DNA of 63,323 bases, the filler included, from Sphacelaria rigidula (lineage: Eukaryota): assembly GCA_964200075.2 (NCBI GenBank). It is 6 parts of 6 records of this genome, joined end to end, with 100 filler letters (N's around TTAATTAATTAA, not from the genome) between each part and the next. Parts side by side here need not be neighbours in the genome. Positions count along the whole stretch, not along the records: positions 21,143 to 31,613 come from CAXNAA020006439.1; positions 31,714 to 42,183 come from CAXNAA020006440.1; 4 more parts are not named here. One strand, 5' to 3'. How positions within the stretch are numbered: the stretch's first letter is position 1; each line of letters opens with the position of its first letter. Of this stretch, positions 25,831 to 39,158 are shown piece after piece. Under the pieces are notes generated by a model. That model was not told the origin of the DNA. It did not search any database and saw nothing but the letters and a program-made list of their open reading frames with translations. The translations under genes and the position numbers were made by a program.

Positions 25831-26659
25831 CGGGTAGTTAACTACAGAACAATGGAACCGTTGTGGCCTATAGGCAGACCGACCGCGGATATAGCCAGGG
25901 AACACGGCCGCACGGAAGGTCGTCGGGGCCGGGATAGTGTAGTTCTGATTTTTCGGGTTTTGGGGATCAGCAGCGACAAGGACAGAGGTAGCCGCCACGT
26001 GCTCATGAGAGTACCTGTTTTGTGTTCTGTTCTTGCTGTGTGTTTTGACAACGATGCACGGCAAGGCAAATGCCTATGCTTGCATTCTAGCCTTCGCAAC
26101 CAGTGTTTTTTTTTGCACCGCCCAGCATATTGTTCTGGAATTGATGTGGATGTTGTTCGGGAGATAGCTCCCGCTTTGGAGAGGGGTGGTGGTCGTCTAG
26201 CTATGAGTTGGAATCGTCATGCTCGCGCGCGGAATATCACACAGCATGTTGCGTTTGCCATGGTTCACATCGCCAGCCTATTTAGGCTGGCCTAATCTTC
26301 GTGATCTGCCCCCGTTCTTGCGCAGATACGGCTTAACACCACCACAACTACTATGATACCTGTTGATGCATCTCATTTGTCACAACTATCCAACTATGTT
26401 TGTTGTTTGGCAGACAACTATCAGGTAGTTGTCTGTAAACAACTAGCTGCACACGACTCTGAACCAGTAGTTGTCTCCAGGCAACTACTTGCGTACGAAT
26501 CTGAAAAGTTAGTTGTCTGCAGGTAACTAGTTGCACACGATTCTGAACCAGTAGTTGTCTGGCAATCAACCACCAACTATCGTAGCTGTACAGGGTATGT
26601 TCATGTGACTGAAAACCTATGGATGTAACCACACGGTCATGAGGAAAACCGTTTCATCC

Positions 26660-28470
26660 GATCTATTTTCAGGTGCAGGCACAAACTGTAGTTCGGGTGT
26701 TGTGCGCATCAGGTAATGTACAGATGTATCAAGCAATATGAGTCGCCGTGGAGACCTTTCGACAGGACGTGGCAACCGCCACCCGCCACTTCTGGCTTGT
26801 GGACAATATTATTATACCCATCACCTTGCCACACATCCCTTTGTGGTCGGGGTGAGCCGCGATTTCCCTCTTTGTTGCAAGCGGCGAATTATCTTCGAAA
26901 GGCATGGGCGTTGCGCCGCACATACAGTACAGTACGCCACTCCGCCCGCGGCAGTAGCTGCCGCTGCATACTCCCTTTCACGTTCTGGGCAGTTCTCCGC
27001 GACCGAATCAGCTACCTATACACAGCTTGTTCGTTCCCGTCGATTACATACGACCTCACTGCGTGCTGTACCGCCTCATCAAAGGGATACGCAGAGCTCA
27101 TGCCTCTAGCTTCGTCTATTGTTCCACTGCGTTGCAAGATTTAGTTGCCTTGTGAACATGACCACATATATCATAGTAGGGTACATTTATTCGTGTATTT
27201 CACCCGGTCACCGTGTGGTCACCGTGTGTTGGTGTAATAACTACGTTTTACCATGGGATGGTGACCCAAAACAAATCGGGAGAGTGGGGGTTGGACCCAT
27301 ACGAAATGCAAGTAAACGATGAAAGATCGTGAAAGCGAACCCCGACCATCGCGGCTTTCTTTTGCTTCGAAGGCTTTTTTGTGGGCCAGGGTAAAGGTAC
27401 ACATACTAACTTGGCAGTGACGTCACTCCCGGCGACACCCCCTCCTACTGGTCGTTCGGATGTGGTCGATGAATTTCATGGTCGATGCCGTGATTGGGCA
27501 GGCCGCTCCCAGACACGTTTATTATTATTTTATTTTACTAATACATGAACCCCTTGTTACTGAGCTTCAATCCCACAAGGGTTGATGTACTTTGCACAGG
27601 GTTTCAATGGCGTGTCAAGTAGGGTATGCCCGATATTTTGTCCTTTTGGAACGTCGTACATAACCTGCCTGAAGTCAGTCGCGATGACTTCTATGGGCTT
27701 CAGAGAGGGGAACAAAAGAGTGAGCTGTCCGCTTTCGTGGGCATGGGTTGGACCTCCTCTTTTCAATACCAAAATACAGGATATACCCTGCCCGGCCTGC
27801 CCTTGCAGTGTTTCGAAGAACAGAAATGGACTGGGCTCACTGCATGGCTGCACTGTCTTGACTAGTCTTACCTCCCTGGGAACTAGCATGCGTGTCGCAC
27901 CGAGAGCACCGACAAAATAGGCTCGGGGTACGCCAAGAATTGCCCGGAAAGGTTACCACTACTGCCTCGACCTACCTCGGCATACTCAGAAGAACTGCGG
28001 TGTGTGGGAGTGATACCACGATAGCTTCCCTCCTCCCCAAGACGACCAAAAATTGTCACGAAGAAATGGTCATGCAGCGCACCGAGATGATGAATATTTT
28101 CAGGAACCAGGTCTTGAAATTTATTTCTTCTATTGAAATTCAGGTAACTGGTTGCAAAAACCAGGTACGAGTCGTGTGCAGACATACTTAGTTTCCAAAA
28201 CCGATTATCGAAATGTGTTCCGAAGAATGCCGACATAGCTGGCTTCAGAAACAAGACCCTGAATATCCCACAGGTAAATTTTGGCTCGATCCCCATTACA
28301 TTTTGTTGGGGGAGGCTACCGCGTCATTTCTCGTCGGCATTGCGGCCTTACGGATCTGTGATACCCGCCCGTACACAGTTGGGGGCATGAAACATGATAC
28401 ACTGCCTTGAGCCACAGCTCGAGGCGCCTTCCCCACATGATCGCCGAAAGGTGGTCTAGCCGAGCCTTCG
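26660..28470 (-). pseudogene. Repeat family A copy 2; its end (28418-28470) also matches 41680-41735
   Basis: MSSAYP...YVIDG...AVYR and AAHPDHKGMCGKVMG; ggtggtctagccgagccttcg is shared with contig 4. Confidence 0.6.
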
Positions 28471-28978
28471 NNNNNNNNNNGAACTAGCGTGGGAACGCAC
28501 GGGTCGACAGCGAGATAAGAGTTGGGTTGGTTTTCCTAATTCAAACAAAAAAAAAAAAAAAAAAACGTGTGCAGGGGGAAGTAGTTTCGGCTCCCACAAA
28601 TGTCCACGCACAAATCGACGGCCGAAGTTTCGAGACGTGAAGTTGTTTAACTTCGACCGAAATACGGACCAGTCGTACCTCATGCAAACAACAGTAGGAT
28701 TGGGTTCCGATCGGTCGCGCCAGTCCCATGTGTGTGTAATTGAAATCAGGCTGGCAGGGCGAGGCGAGGAAAAATCAGGCTAGCGCGACTTGCGCTAGTG
28801 TACCGTGTAGAGCTCGGTCTGTACGATCATCCCGTGGCTGTATCGTTTTTTTGTTCCTGTGGACATAACCCGGGTACACACGACATTCGGTATGCCTGGT
28901 ACTTTATTGGCTTATCCTTTTGCCGCGTTTTTTTGTCGACTTTTGGACACACCGCTATTCCCCTCCTACCGTTGACAG

Positions 28979-29826
28979 ATCCCAGCGCCATGCAGTCGGC
29001 GCAAGCTATGGCCGCCGAAAAAGTTTCAGGTCAGTGCTCGCCTAGGGCATCCGGTCGTGTTCTGTAGTCTGTAAACATGGGAATCCTTTTCGAAACCCGT
29101 ATTTTGCGGAGAGGGGGTGGGGGGGCAGTGACACTGTTGACGTTGAAAGGCGGGTAAGGATTAAAATTTCGCGTGGATATTGCGTGTACGTACGTATACG
29201 AAATATTCTTCTGAGAGTCACGATTTTTTCAAAACATGAATATGACGAGCCGGGAGAAACCACAGTGAAAAATATTGTAAAAAGAAAACGTGCCGAAAAT
29301 GTGCTGGAATGATGTGTACTTATTCCTGTCAGCTCCTAAATTAAAAAAATATGGCGAAAATTGGAGTCTTCTCAGACGCTCAACAGAAAAGTTGCAGCAC
29401 AGCGCGAGTGAGGCGTTGACTCTCATCGAGTCTGTTTGGTACCATTTTCTAACCTCATCTCGTTAAATCTCGATGTTATACCCAACCCTCAACTTTTCTT
29501 GCGTCATGTTGGGGAGCGGGAGGGGTGGCGGGAAGGGGGGGTCCCAGTGATCGTCAATGCTGATGTCATAAGACCAGTGACTCGTTTTCGGGGTCGAAGG
29601 GGGGCAGTGTCTTGTGTTGCGTTTCTCCTCCTTGAAAAGCCAAGTTCATGTTTGGTTGATTCTTTCACTGTACAAATGCACTCCATCATCATGTGTGTGT
29701 TGTGCAGGTGTTACTGCGGGAATGCAGGGTGTAAGCATCAGTTCGTCTACGGCGCCGGGTGCGGGTGCGGATCGGGACGAATGGGAAGAGGTTGAAGCTG
29801 TTGACGAGAATGATCCTCTTTGGAAG
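28979..29826 (+). CDS. Two host-gene exons (28979-29029, 29708-29826); tentatively the N-terminal region of a stramenopile eRF3/Sup35-like protein
   Basis: cag/...gtcagt and cag/...gtttgt junctions in phase: DPSAMQSAQAMAAEKVS/GVTAGMQ...EWEEVEAVDENDPLWK. The eRF3 assignment rests only on recall of a DENDPLW motif and is unverified. Confidence 0.5.
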
Positions 29827-30270
29827 GTTTGTGTGTGCGTGAGTGGGTTGGTTGTCATGTTTCAATCAACAGGCTCGGGTCTCGGAAAGCTGTACATCTT
29901 GCGGTTGTTCAATCGTTAGTTCAATTGCCTGTCGGTCAACAGTTAGTTGCACAGCCTAGGAAATAGATTACATTGTCAAAAAAGGTACCGCCTACAGTAT
30001 CGTCTACTGGGTCTACTGCAATGGACAACATATTTCATGTTTTATGCTGTACGCAGTACCCTTTTTTATGATGCAATCCATTGTGCATGGTGTGGACAGT
30101 TGTGACAACCAACTTCGTTCTGGAAATTGAAATAGTTTTGAGAGCGTCATTAGTTGTGACACGTGAACACGCTCAAACCGGTCTTGCGCCCGGTGTGTTC
30201 CTGTCGCGGGCGGGCGATAGCCAACAAAGTCGCCCCTTCCTTCCCTCAAGAACATGCTTTTCCTTCTTCT

Positions 30271-30520
30271 GTTGACACTTTTAACGATAGCCCCCTCCCC
30301 AAAACCAGCCCAAAAGTGTCACGAAAACAAAGTACATACAGCGCCTAATGTTTGGGTCCAGGCTGCATGAAGCGCCTCATGGGGCGACATTGGCGAGAGC
30401 GAACCCAAGGGCGGAAATTCACGGCTGCTCGTTGTGCTCAGCTTTTTCCATTTTGATTTGCGTGGAGATTTTGCCTCCCCAAACCAGGCACGTTTGGGGG
30501 AAAACTATCGTAAAAAATGT
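30271..30520. mobile_element. MITE family F1 copy (opposite orientation)
   Basis: gacacttttaacgatagcccc...actatcgtaaaaaatgt; internal sequence is the reverse complement of 50624-50873. Confidence 0.8.
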
Positions 30521-32196
30521 TTTTTTTGGTGCATGCGTGCGCCGGAAATGACCATTCTCATGTTTCTTTATTCACGGGTAACTATCACACATACGGTGAA
30601 GATGATATTATCTCAAAATGTACTGCGTACAAGATTAACTGTTGCATTTATTGCATTAGTTGAAATGTTACATACTATACGCAGTATACTAGATGGCAAT
30701 GTATTATTTTGTCATTATCCAGGGGGTGGCAGTCATGCATGGTGTGGAAAGTTGCCACACTACCGTGCCGTTGTCGGCGTCAAATCCTTGGGCGCTAACG
30801 GGCGCTAACCCCCTCAGATGTATGCCCCAGGGAAACCAGTGGAAATGACACATCAATACAGCTGCTTCGATCAACAATTTTGATGATCGTCACCGGGATA
30901 CACGTTTTGTTGTCATCGGAAGTCGTACCCGCGAAAAAATCGCGCTGCCAAGGTGTAGCGTCGAGCTTACCGGCTTCGAAGATCAAGTCTTCACCTTATT
31001 CCGGAAAGAGGATTGGCGTCCATGGAAATGAACTCTCTGACAGCAAGAAAGCAATTTGGCAAGGTGGCGTTTTGCAGGATATGCCGGCTGAAATTCGGCT
31101 ATTTACACAAGTATAAACAATGTATCTCATTTGCAAATATCCTTCGCAACCATACCGAATTTCTCGGCACACTTTTCTATATGGTTTAGTATGTCAACCA
31201 AAATTCACCCACTTTCCGGGTATACACCCTACAGAGTACACAACCTTGCAATTCCGAGTCGATGCGTGCCGACATGCAGGCGTTGGTGGGTTGGGGTTAG
31301 GGGTTGTATATACGGTTGTTCTCCAGTGAACAGCAGAGTTCAACCGGAGTTGGGCCGCCATCTACCCATAGTTGATTTTACTTTATCTGAGTGTGAACAA
31401 TGACACTCCGATCTTTCAGAGTCTTGTGTGCTCCCAGCGTGCGCAGAACGTGTTGTGGTTGAAATCGGCGTCAGAGATGCGAGTTGAGGTCCACCAACAA
31501 GGTTTTCGTGAGATAAAGAGTTGGGTGCGGATTGAGAGTGGCTCTGAGCATTCGCTTTAACTTGGCCAATTTCTCATTCCGTGTGTGCTTTTCGTCGTCT
31601 CATGACTGCCATGNNNNNNNNNNNNNNNNNNNNNNNNNNNNNNNNNNNNNNNNNNNNTTAATTAATTAANNNNNNNNNNNNNNNNNNNNNNNNNNNNNNN
31701 NNNNNNNNNNNNNATCGGACAAGCGTGCTGGAATCCTCGTGAAACATATAGCAAATCTTTCCGAGGAGGCCAAATCCGCCAAGGCCCGTATTCCGCCAAT
31801 AATCCGTGATGAAAGGTTAAAAAGGGCAGTTCTCAGACAGATTTTTCTTCAGTCTAAAAGAAGCGGCCTGATCCAGATGGATTGCCCTCGCGATCTGAGG
31901 GTCAAGGACCTACATCAAGGGGGCCAAAACCAAAAGCCAACAAGAAAGTAAGCGCCCAAGAGCAGAATGTTGATTGGCCACTGCAATATCACCCCGCCAC
32001 GAATCGGCGACCAACCAACATGCTGCTTTTGAATGTTTTTTTCTCCCTCTGCTAATATTTTGGGGGTACCGCTGAAATGGGCCCTGAGCCTACGATCGCC
32101 AGAGAGGGTGTCTATTAAACCGGCGTCACGTTCCCTCGAAAATGAGCCTGAGGCTCCCAATGACCCACACCCGCGGTCAAATGTTTTGGAATCTTT

Positions 32197-32556
32197 TGTA
32201 AGGAGGACATATCGAAGGGGGGACAGACCAAGGAGTAGGCTGTCCCGAGAGATGTCGTCCTGATGCCGAAGGAACTCCGAAGCTGACGATGATTTCCTCT
32301 TGTGAGATGTGGGCAAAAAGTTGGGTCAGACAGGGAGTGGTCGCTGGAGGCGACCAGTCCCTCGGGGGATGTTGGATCGTCCTGAATATTAGGCTCTTCC
32401 TGGCATCACCCCGAGTTGTCTAGTTTCGTTGGCATTACAGGGTCCTCGGGGATCTGGTCCATTCGGACCGTTCTCACTTGTACCTGCTTGCTCTGGCTCT
32501 TTGTACATGTGTGGCCTCAGTCTCTGATATGTCAGTGCAAAGAGGTATTCCCGACA
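32197..32556 (-). repeat. 3' LTR
   Basis: TGTCGG...TTACA, preceded by the PPT. Confidence 0.96.
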
Positions 32557-32570
32557 TATCCCCCCCCTTT
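32557..32570 (-). promoter_or_regulatory. Polypurine tract AAAGGGGGGGGATA
   Basis: Directly abuts the 3' LTR on the minus strand. Confidence 0.9.
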
Positions 32571-33284
32571 ATGCGCCTCAAGCCCATCGAGGCTATGGCT
32601 GGTGGGACGAGGCGATCATCAGCTTCGCTGATGATATAATCGTGAAAATATCTTCGGGTGACTATCATTGATTGAGTCACACCACCACTACTCGCAAAGG
32701 CAGCCCTTCTCTATACTGTGGTATTGAGCGAACACCTCCAGTAAATTTTAGCTGCCTGTGGTCTGTAGTAGTGCATGTATTGCACACCCTTTTATTTTGG
32801 TTTTCTGTCATGTAGCTGTCATATGTGACACGTTTCCATCAGATGTATTTGCACTTAGGTGCTGGTTGCATCTGCTGGTCTACATGACTGGGCACCGGGA
32901 CACTGATCGATCCACGGGCGCCTGGGTTATTCACGCCCGGGTACTGGGACGCCTTCGGTTCCTCTGACACCTGCGTGGGACTACGTCCTTGCGTTAGTAA
33001 CAAAGCGGTGGATACGATGTTTTCGGTTTGTGAGCATTGTGCTTTTTGTCTAAACATCGCTAAAATGACCCTTGCTTCCTGTCAGCAACTACCCCCATTG
33101 CTGAGAGGTTATCTTCTTCGGGAAGTTTCACCTCCGTCACCGCTGACATGTCAGATCTCGTTCTGCTCATGTCCGTGTTGTTCTAAAGTTGTTTTTGACT
33201 CTCATTAATCTCCGAATGTTGACCCCAGGCTACTGCTCAACCCTTAAGCGTGTTGCTAGGACGCTCGCACAGTCTGTTGAACTG

Positions 33285-36200
33285 TCACATCCGTTTCCGT
33301 TTCCCTGTAGTCTTGGATTTCGAGTCCGGATGTGAGCATTCGGTTAACCCATTGTCATGACGGTATCTATCAATGAGATGCTTACATTGCGGTATTTCAT
33401 CCGCACGGTAGGTCAGGTCAGCCGCTGGGCCGTAAACCTTGAGTCTCAACCGATATTTATAGTTATGGCTACTCCTCCGACCTGGGCCTGGTGCGTGACC
33501 TACCACTATTTCGACGGTGTAGCGTTCTATTGTGGGCAATGTTCCGTCTGGTTGGTCTATCTCTGGTAGAGGTAGCTGTCTACCCAAGAACAACTCGCTC
33601 AACTCGTCAAAGTCTGGTGCTAGTGCGGTTTCTCGCGGGTGATATTTCTTCAAATGAGCGAGATGTACTGACGTTTCCTTAGAGCCGTCGCCTACTTTGA
33701 TTCTGTATACAACCGGCGATCGTCTCTCGGTTATGGTGAATGGACCTCTCCATGGTAACTGGAGTTTGGGATTCGGCCCTTCTGAGTCCTGATACGGTCG
33801 ATACAAAAGTACTTCCTGCCCCGGTTTGAACACTGGGAAGGATTTGAGTTTGTTTTGGTTTTCTTGCTCGTTCGCCCTTTCTCGTGAGGCTTGTCTCGCG
33901 ATTTCAAATCCAAACTGTAGGTTTTTCCGTGTTTCTTTGGAAAATTCTTCGGGTGTCGCCGCTTGGCTCTCTTCCGAATAGCAGGAAATACGGTGTTTCT
34001 TGTACTGTGTTAGGATAAGAGGTGTTGTATGCCATTTGGACGAATAGAAGCATGGATGCTCAGTTTTTGTTTCCGACTGACATATGCATCGCTAACATCG
34101 CGTGTATAGTGGAGTGGACGCGTTCCGACACTGAGTTGCCTTGTGGACGTAGTGGTGTCGTACGTGTTTTATCGAAACCTAACTCCTGTTGCAGTGCGTA
34201 TATTAACTTGTTCTCGAACCCGGCTCCTTGGTCGCTGTGAAGCTTCAGTGGGATGCCAAATCTTGTAAAAATTCCGTCGATAAGGGTTTTGGCTATCGCC
34301 GTGGCTTGTTCATTCAGGACTGGAATGAGCAAAGCATACCGTGTGAGGTGGTCCATTACTGACAGTACGTATTTACATAAAACTCCAGCGTTGGACATTG
34401 AAGCCGTTTTGTATTCAACCAGTTCAACCGACACTCGTTCATATGGCCTTTCTACCGGACCGGTGTTCCATTGGCAACTTTGACATTTTAAGCACCAATC
34501 CTTTATATCGCGGTTCATTGATGGCCAATGATACTTCGGTCGGATCTTGTCGTATGTTCGTTTGAATCCTAAGCGGCCCCCGGATAGTGCATGGTCGTGG
34601 TACGCATGTAGCACCAAACCTATTAGGGTCTAGGTAGCACAAGTTAGTCACAAACTATGCTTCGTTTTTTCAAGTGTCCCGTCAAGTAAGATTTGAATAA
34701 AATCCCGTCATGTACTGAATAATGTGACATCGATGTGAGCGATTATTTTTCTGGTATCGGAACATATTTTTCCGTGACATATTGGATGTAGGGTATGTAC
34801 TCTAGTGCTTGCTCTTCTCGCAATTTTTTGCGGTCGATTGACGTGAAGACGTTCGCTACGCTTACGTGTACTGATTTCACGGTGAACAACTCTCGATCAC
34901 TTTGCACCGGTTTGAAAATTTCGAGCTTTTCGGCTGAAACCTGGAATTGATGTTGTGGCTTGGCTATTTGTAACTAGGGGTTTCCTGGGACGCTACGGCA
35001 TATCAGCGCAAGCAATAGCTTGATTTCCGCTTCCTGTCGCTTTTCAAACGCGAACAGCCGTAAGAGGGTGTCCGGTATAACATGAAGTTCCCCCGGTTTA
35101 TGTTTGACCGTGAAATCATACGATTGCAACGCGATCGCCCACCGGGTCAACATATAACTTGTATCCTGCCTCGCATACAAATATCGAAGAGCGCATGGTC
35201 TGTTACACACGTAAAGTGACGTCCCCAGAGAAAGGCCCTAAAATGTTGGATCGCTAGTACGACCGCGTAACATTCTTTCATGGTGGGCGAATAGCGGGCT
35301 TGGGCGTCGTTGAAACGTTGGCTAAAGTATGCTACGATTACCTCGTCTTCGCCTTTCCTTTGGGAAACGTAGGCCCCGGCCCCACGATCTGGAGCATCAA
35401 CGTTTATGATTAAGCCTTTCGTGAAATCTGGAAAATGAAGGACGGGTGCCTCAGTCATCAATTTTCTAATTTTCTCGAAGGCTTCATCATGTTCAGTATT
35501 CCAAAGTTTCGACACTTGTTTTCCCGCCCCTTTTTTTGTGAAATCTACCAGTGGTGCTATGGTTGTAGCCAAGTCTGGTATGAATTCCGTACGAAATATA
35601 TTGTACCGAGTACTGATCGCAACTCTTTGATATTGGTGGGTTTCGGCAAGTCGAGGATAGCTTTTATTCTTTCATCACTCACTCTGATACCATTTGCGGA
35701 CAGTACGTGGCCCAAGTATTTGACCTGCTCTGGACCAATTTGGATTTTTGTCGGCTTCAGTGTAAGGCCTGCTGTTTGCAGTGCTTTGAACGTGCTTTCT
35801 AGTAGGGTGAGATGACTCTCCCAGCTTGATGAACAACAAATTATGTCATCCATATACACTAGTAAACCACTCTTGGGTCCAAAGTGTGCAAATGCTTGTG
35901 CCATTATGCGTGAAAAGATAAAAGGTGAACACGCTAAACCAAATGGTAACCGGTTTAACACCTATTTCCCTCTTTGAGTTACAAACGCTGTTTTCTCTTT
36001 TTCGCTTTCCACCACTGGTATCTGGTGGAACGCACTTTGTACGCCGCAAACTGTTATGAATTTCGCCCCCGCTGCTGTGTCTATGTGACTTTCGATAGCT
36101 GGCATGGGCCATGATTTGCGAATCAAGTTTTTATTTATCGTTGCTCGATAATCTACGCAAGATCGTGCTGTTCCGTCTGCTTTTGCGACTATTGTAACTG

Positions 36201-39097
36201 CTGATCCCCACGGGCTTGGGCGTTGTTCGACTATACCATATTTTTCTATCTGGTCGACGCATTTGTCGATTGCGTCTTGCACTCTGGGGTTTGCTCTATA
36301 TGGTGCTCGGTCTACCGGCTGAGTCCCAGGTTTGAGCGGAAAGCGTGCTTCATCTAACGTACAACAGCCTAACTCCTGCGGAGTAAGTGAAAACACAAAG
36401 CGGTATTTTGCGCAAAGATCCAGTATTTGAGAGCATTGTTCCGGGGAAAAGGTCGTATTTTCGAAAGCTTTGCGTAAACGTAATTCCTCTTTCGCATTTT
36501 CTCTCTCTGACACCTTATTTCCCGCCATTGCACTGACTGTGGCTGGTTTTGTATCTCGTACTGGGGTGATATAGCCTAAAATCGTATTACGTTCCAGGTT
36601 CACATGTCGGTTCGACGGGTTGGCGATTTGTACCATTGCCGTTTTATTTGTTGCCGACCATGTGCACACCGTCCTTGCAACGATGATGCGCGTGAACGCT
36701 TGGGGTACATCGGTTGATCGAATGTTTTCTTCGGTTATTATGCGTGGCTCTACGACGGCTGCTGTTGTTCTTGACGGGGTATTTTCCGTTTCAATTAATA
36801 CGGCCATCTCACTCTGCGGGGGCACATTGCATTTCTTCGTGAGAAAAACTGGAACAGCGTTTGAAAAGTTCACATTGACTACAGAACAATGCGTCGTTTC
36901 GGGATGTGTTGTATTTTGTGAACGCTGTTGTTTTCGATGCGATGCTTTGATTTTTATACTGGAATCACGGATTGTTAGCTCTTCCGCTTGCCAGTCGAGT
37001 ATAGCTTGGAAAGCACTCATGACGGAATTGTCCAGTAACAGGCAATCCGGTCCTAGGTTAGGCAATACGAACGCCTCTACTGGTAGGGTTTTCATCCCTG
37101 AAGTAAGTTCGAAACGTATGAAGCCTAGAATTTTCATGGAGGAGCCATCCGCACTTCTGAGGTCTATCGATCCTGGCGGCACTGGCTTTATATCAGCTGC
37201 CATTATGGCCGGGTGTTCATCGATGAACTTTTTGCTGATACAGGGCACATCTGCTGCGGAATCAATTGTGATTTTTTCAGCGGAGGTGCCGTTTACTCTG
37301 GCTGTGATTCTCACACGGGCTGATGCACAGGATAGTGCCACAGGCGCAACTTTATATCTGGCAAGCAAAGATGTGTTGTATGAGTCATAACAGTGATCAT
37401 TTAGGGTCGGGTTTGAAGACGAAGATTGGTGTTTCGCTTTGTTATTTTTCTGCGATGAGTTACTCACAAAAGCCGGCTGCGGAGCTAAAAATATACGTTG
37501 CGTCTGTTGTACGCATTCGCTATTTGTACTCTGCCCTCTGCTGCTATGCTCCTGCTCGTGCTCATCTCGTACGTGGTTGATTTCTACCCGAGACCTTTCG
37601 CGCATTCTCCGTGGTTGGTCTGCTGTACTGTCAGGAAAATGAAACTCTCCCATCTTACGAGCCAGAGGGTTGACGATTTCGCGTCCTTCTGTTCCCCTCG
37701 ATTTTCTACGGAAGGATTTACCGTTTCTGCCTTGATCAGACGAGAGGTCCTCTCTTGGGCGTCTTGACGGGTTGTACCCTTTGGCATTCTCTACATGGCT
37801 CTGCATGAGGCGGCAATCCGCTGTCTCGTGTGTCTTCTTGTACCTGCATGATGTGTATTCACAACGGACCGATTTTTTCGTTTTACCGCTCAACTGCTTG
37901 TCGTTGGATGTACTCTTATCGTTACTGAAGCGTACTTTTTTCAACTCTCCCCCTGATCTACTCGCGCTCCTGTCCCTGCTAGCAGACCGTTCCTCCGCTC
38001 TTCCTCTCTCTCCTTTAATCGATTTTATCTGCGACTGAAGGTCCGTAAGGATTGTGCCATGATCGGCTATCATTTCCGCTAGCTGTGGACGTGGGGAATT
38101 TACGGTTGCGGCCGAGACATGGGGAGTGTCTCCGGTTTGGTTTGGCCTTGTGCGGAGGTTGTTTTGCTCGTGTTTTTTCGCTCGCGCTGTCGCCGTTTGG
38201 AAGTCGAGCTTACTATCTTCTCTCACCATTTCAACTCTGATATGGGGTTTGAGCCCGGCCTCAAATGCTGCTGTTGTGATCACGTCTATTATGAAGCGAA
38301 GCGTGTCGTGGCCAGGGAATTTCACCCGCAAGGCCTCGGTCACGAATCTGTCCATCGAAGTCGTACAATCCAGTGCATAGTCGTTCGTCTACGTTCTGAT
38401 CTTCTTTCTGTTTCAGATCGGCTATCGCACGGGCTAATAGTGCTAGATGGTTTCGTGGAGAAAAGCGATGGGTGTAGGCCGCTAACCATTCTGTCCAAGT
38501 TTTTCGGGGCGATGGGTGCGATATATTTCGCTCTCGATTCGAGGTCTTGCAGTACAGCTAGTGGATGCCACTCTACTTTTCCGCTTCCGAGAGGGGTGTA
38601 TAACGTTTCTGCTGATCCTCTGAGGATAAGTGGTGAGTGTTTTATGGCGTGCCGTTGTACTGTGGATTCTGTGCAATCGTCAGGGGCATGAATCTTAACT
38701 AGATTGAGAAACGCACCGATAATTGCTGGCACGTCCTCACTCCGTTTTCCTTCTAGGATTAACGTTGATGGGAGATCCGATCGTTTCATCGAAAATTTTG
38801 AGTTCTCATGGTGCTACTATGGCTTGTAGATGGCGGAGTCAGCACTGAACTAGAGTCGTCAGAGTTGTCGCTGTCGCTTTCCCCCTCGTGGCTAGACGGA
38901 GGTTGAGCGGGCAGGGTTGTGTCGGCCGGCGCAGGGATTACTGATTGTGCTGCGCCTCTGGACTCTGCCGCTTTCGCCGCCGAGTTGGAAGCTGATGGCG
39001 TGACGGCCGTTGTTGGATGCTCGAAGGTCTTCGCGGTGACCCTTCCCTGAGTAGTTGTTCTGGTGGATTTTTTGTGAGCGGATTTCTTTCTCGGCAT
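33285..39097 (-). pseudogene. Gag-pol polyprotein (gag with CCHC variant, protease, RT, RNase H, integrase, chromodomain) with stops and frameshifts
   Basis: MPRKKS start; CEYTSCRYKKTHETADC; IDSAAD; SPWGS; YMDD; YSPTMKEC; CLKCQSCQ; LHSDQG; WRGPF; C-terminal YTVEIVVGH...YKYRLRLKVYGPAADLTY chromodomain. Confidence 0.95.
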
Positions 39098-39145
39098 GGT
39101 GAAAGACGTGTGCCCTTCTACTAGATGTCTTACTTGAGTTCTGTT

Positions 39146-39157
39146 CTGGTGTCGCCA
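39146..39157 (-). promoter_or_regulatory. Primer-binding site TGGCGACACCAG
   Basis: TGG (complement of the tRNA CCA end) starts 1 nt inside the 5' LTR. Confidence 0.85.
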
Positions 39158-39158
39158 A

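Noticed and set aside
25626..26580. CRISPR-like array of palindromic repeats
   Set aside because: Units are head-to-tail without unique spacers, there are no cas genes, and the context is eukaryotic
36620..37390. 256-aa plus-strand ORF as an antisense gene
   Set aside because: Shadow frame of the minus-strand pol ORF
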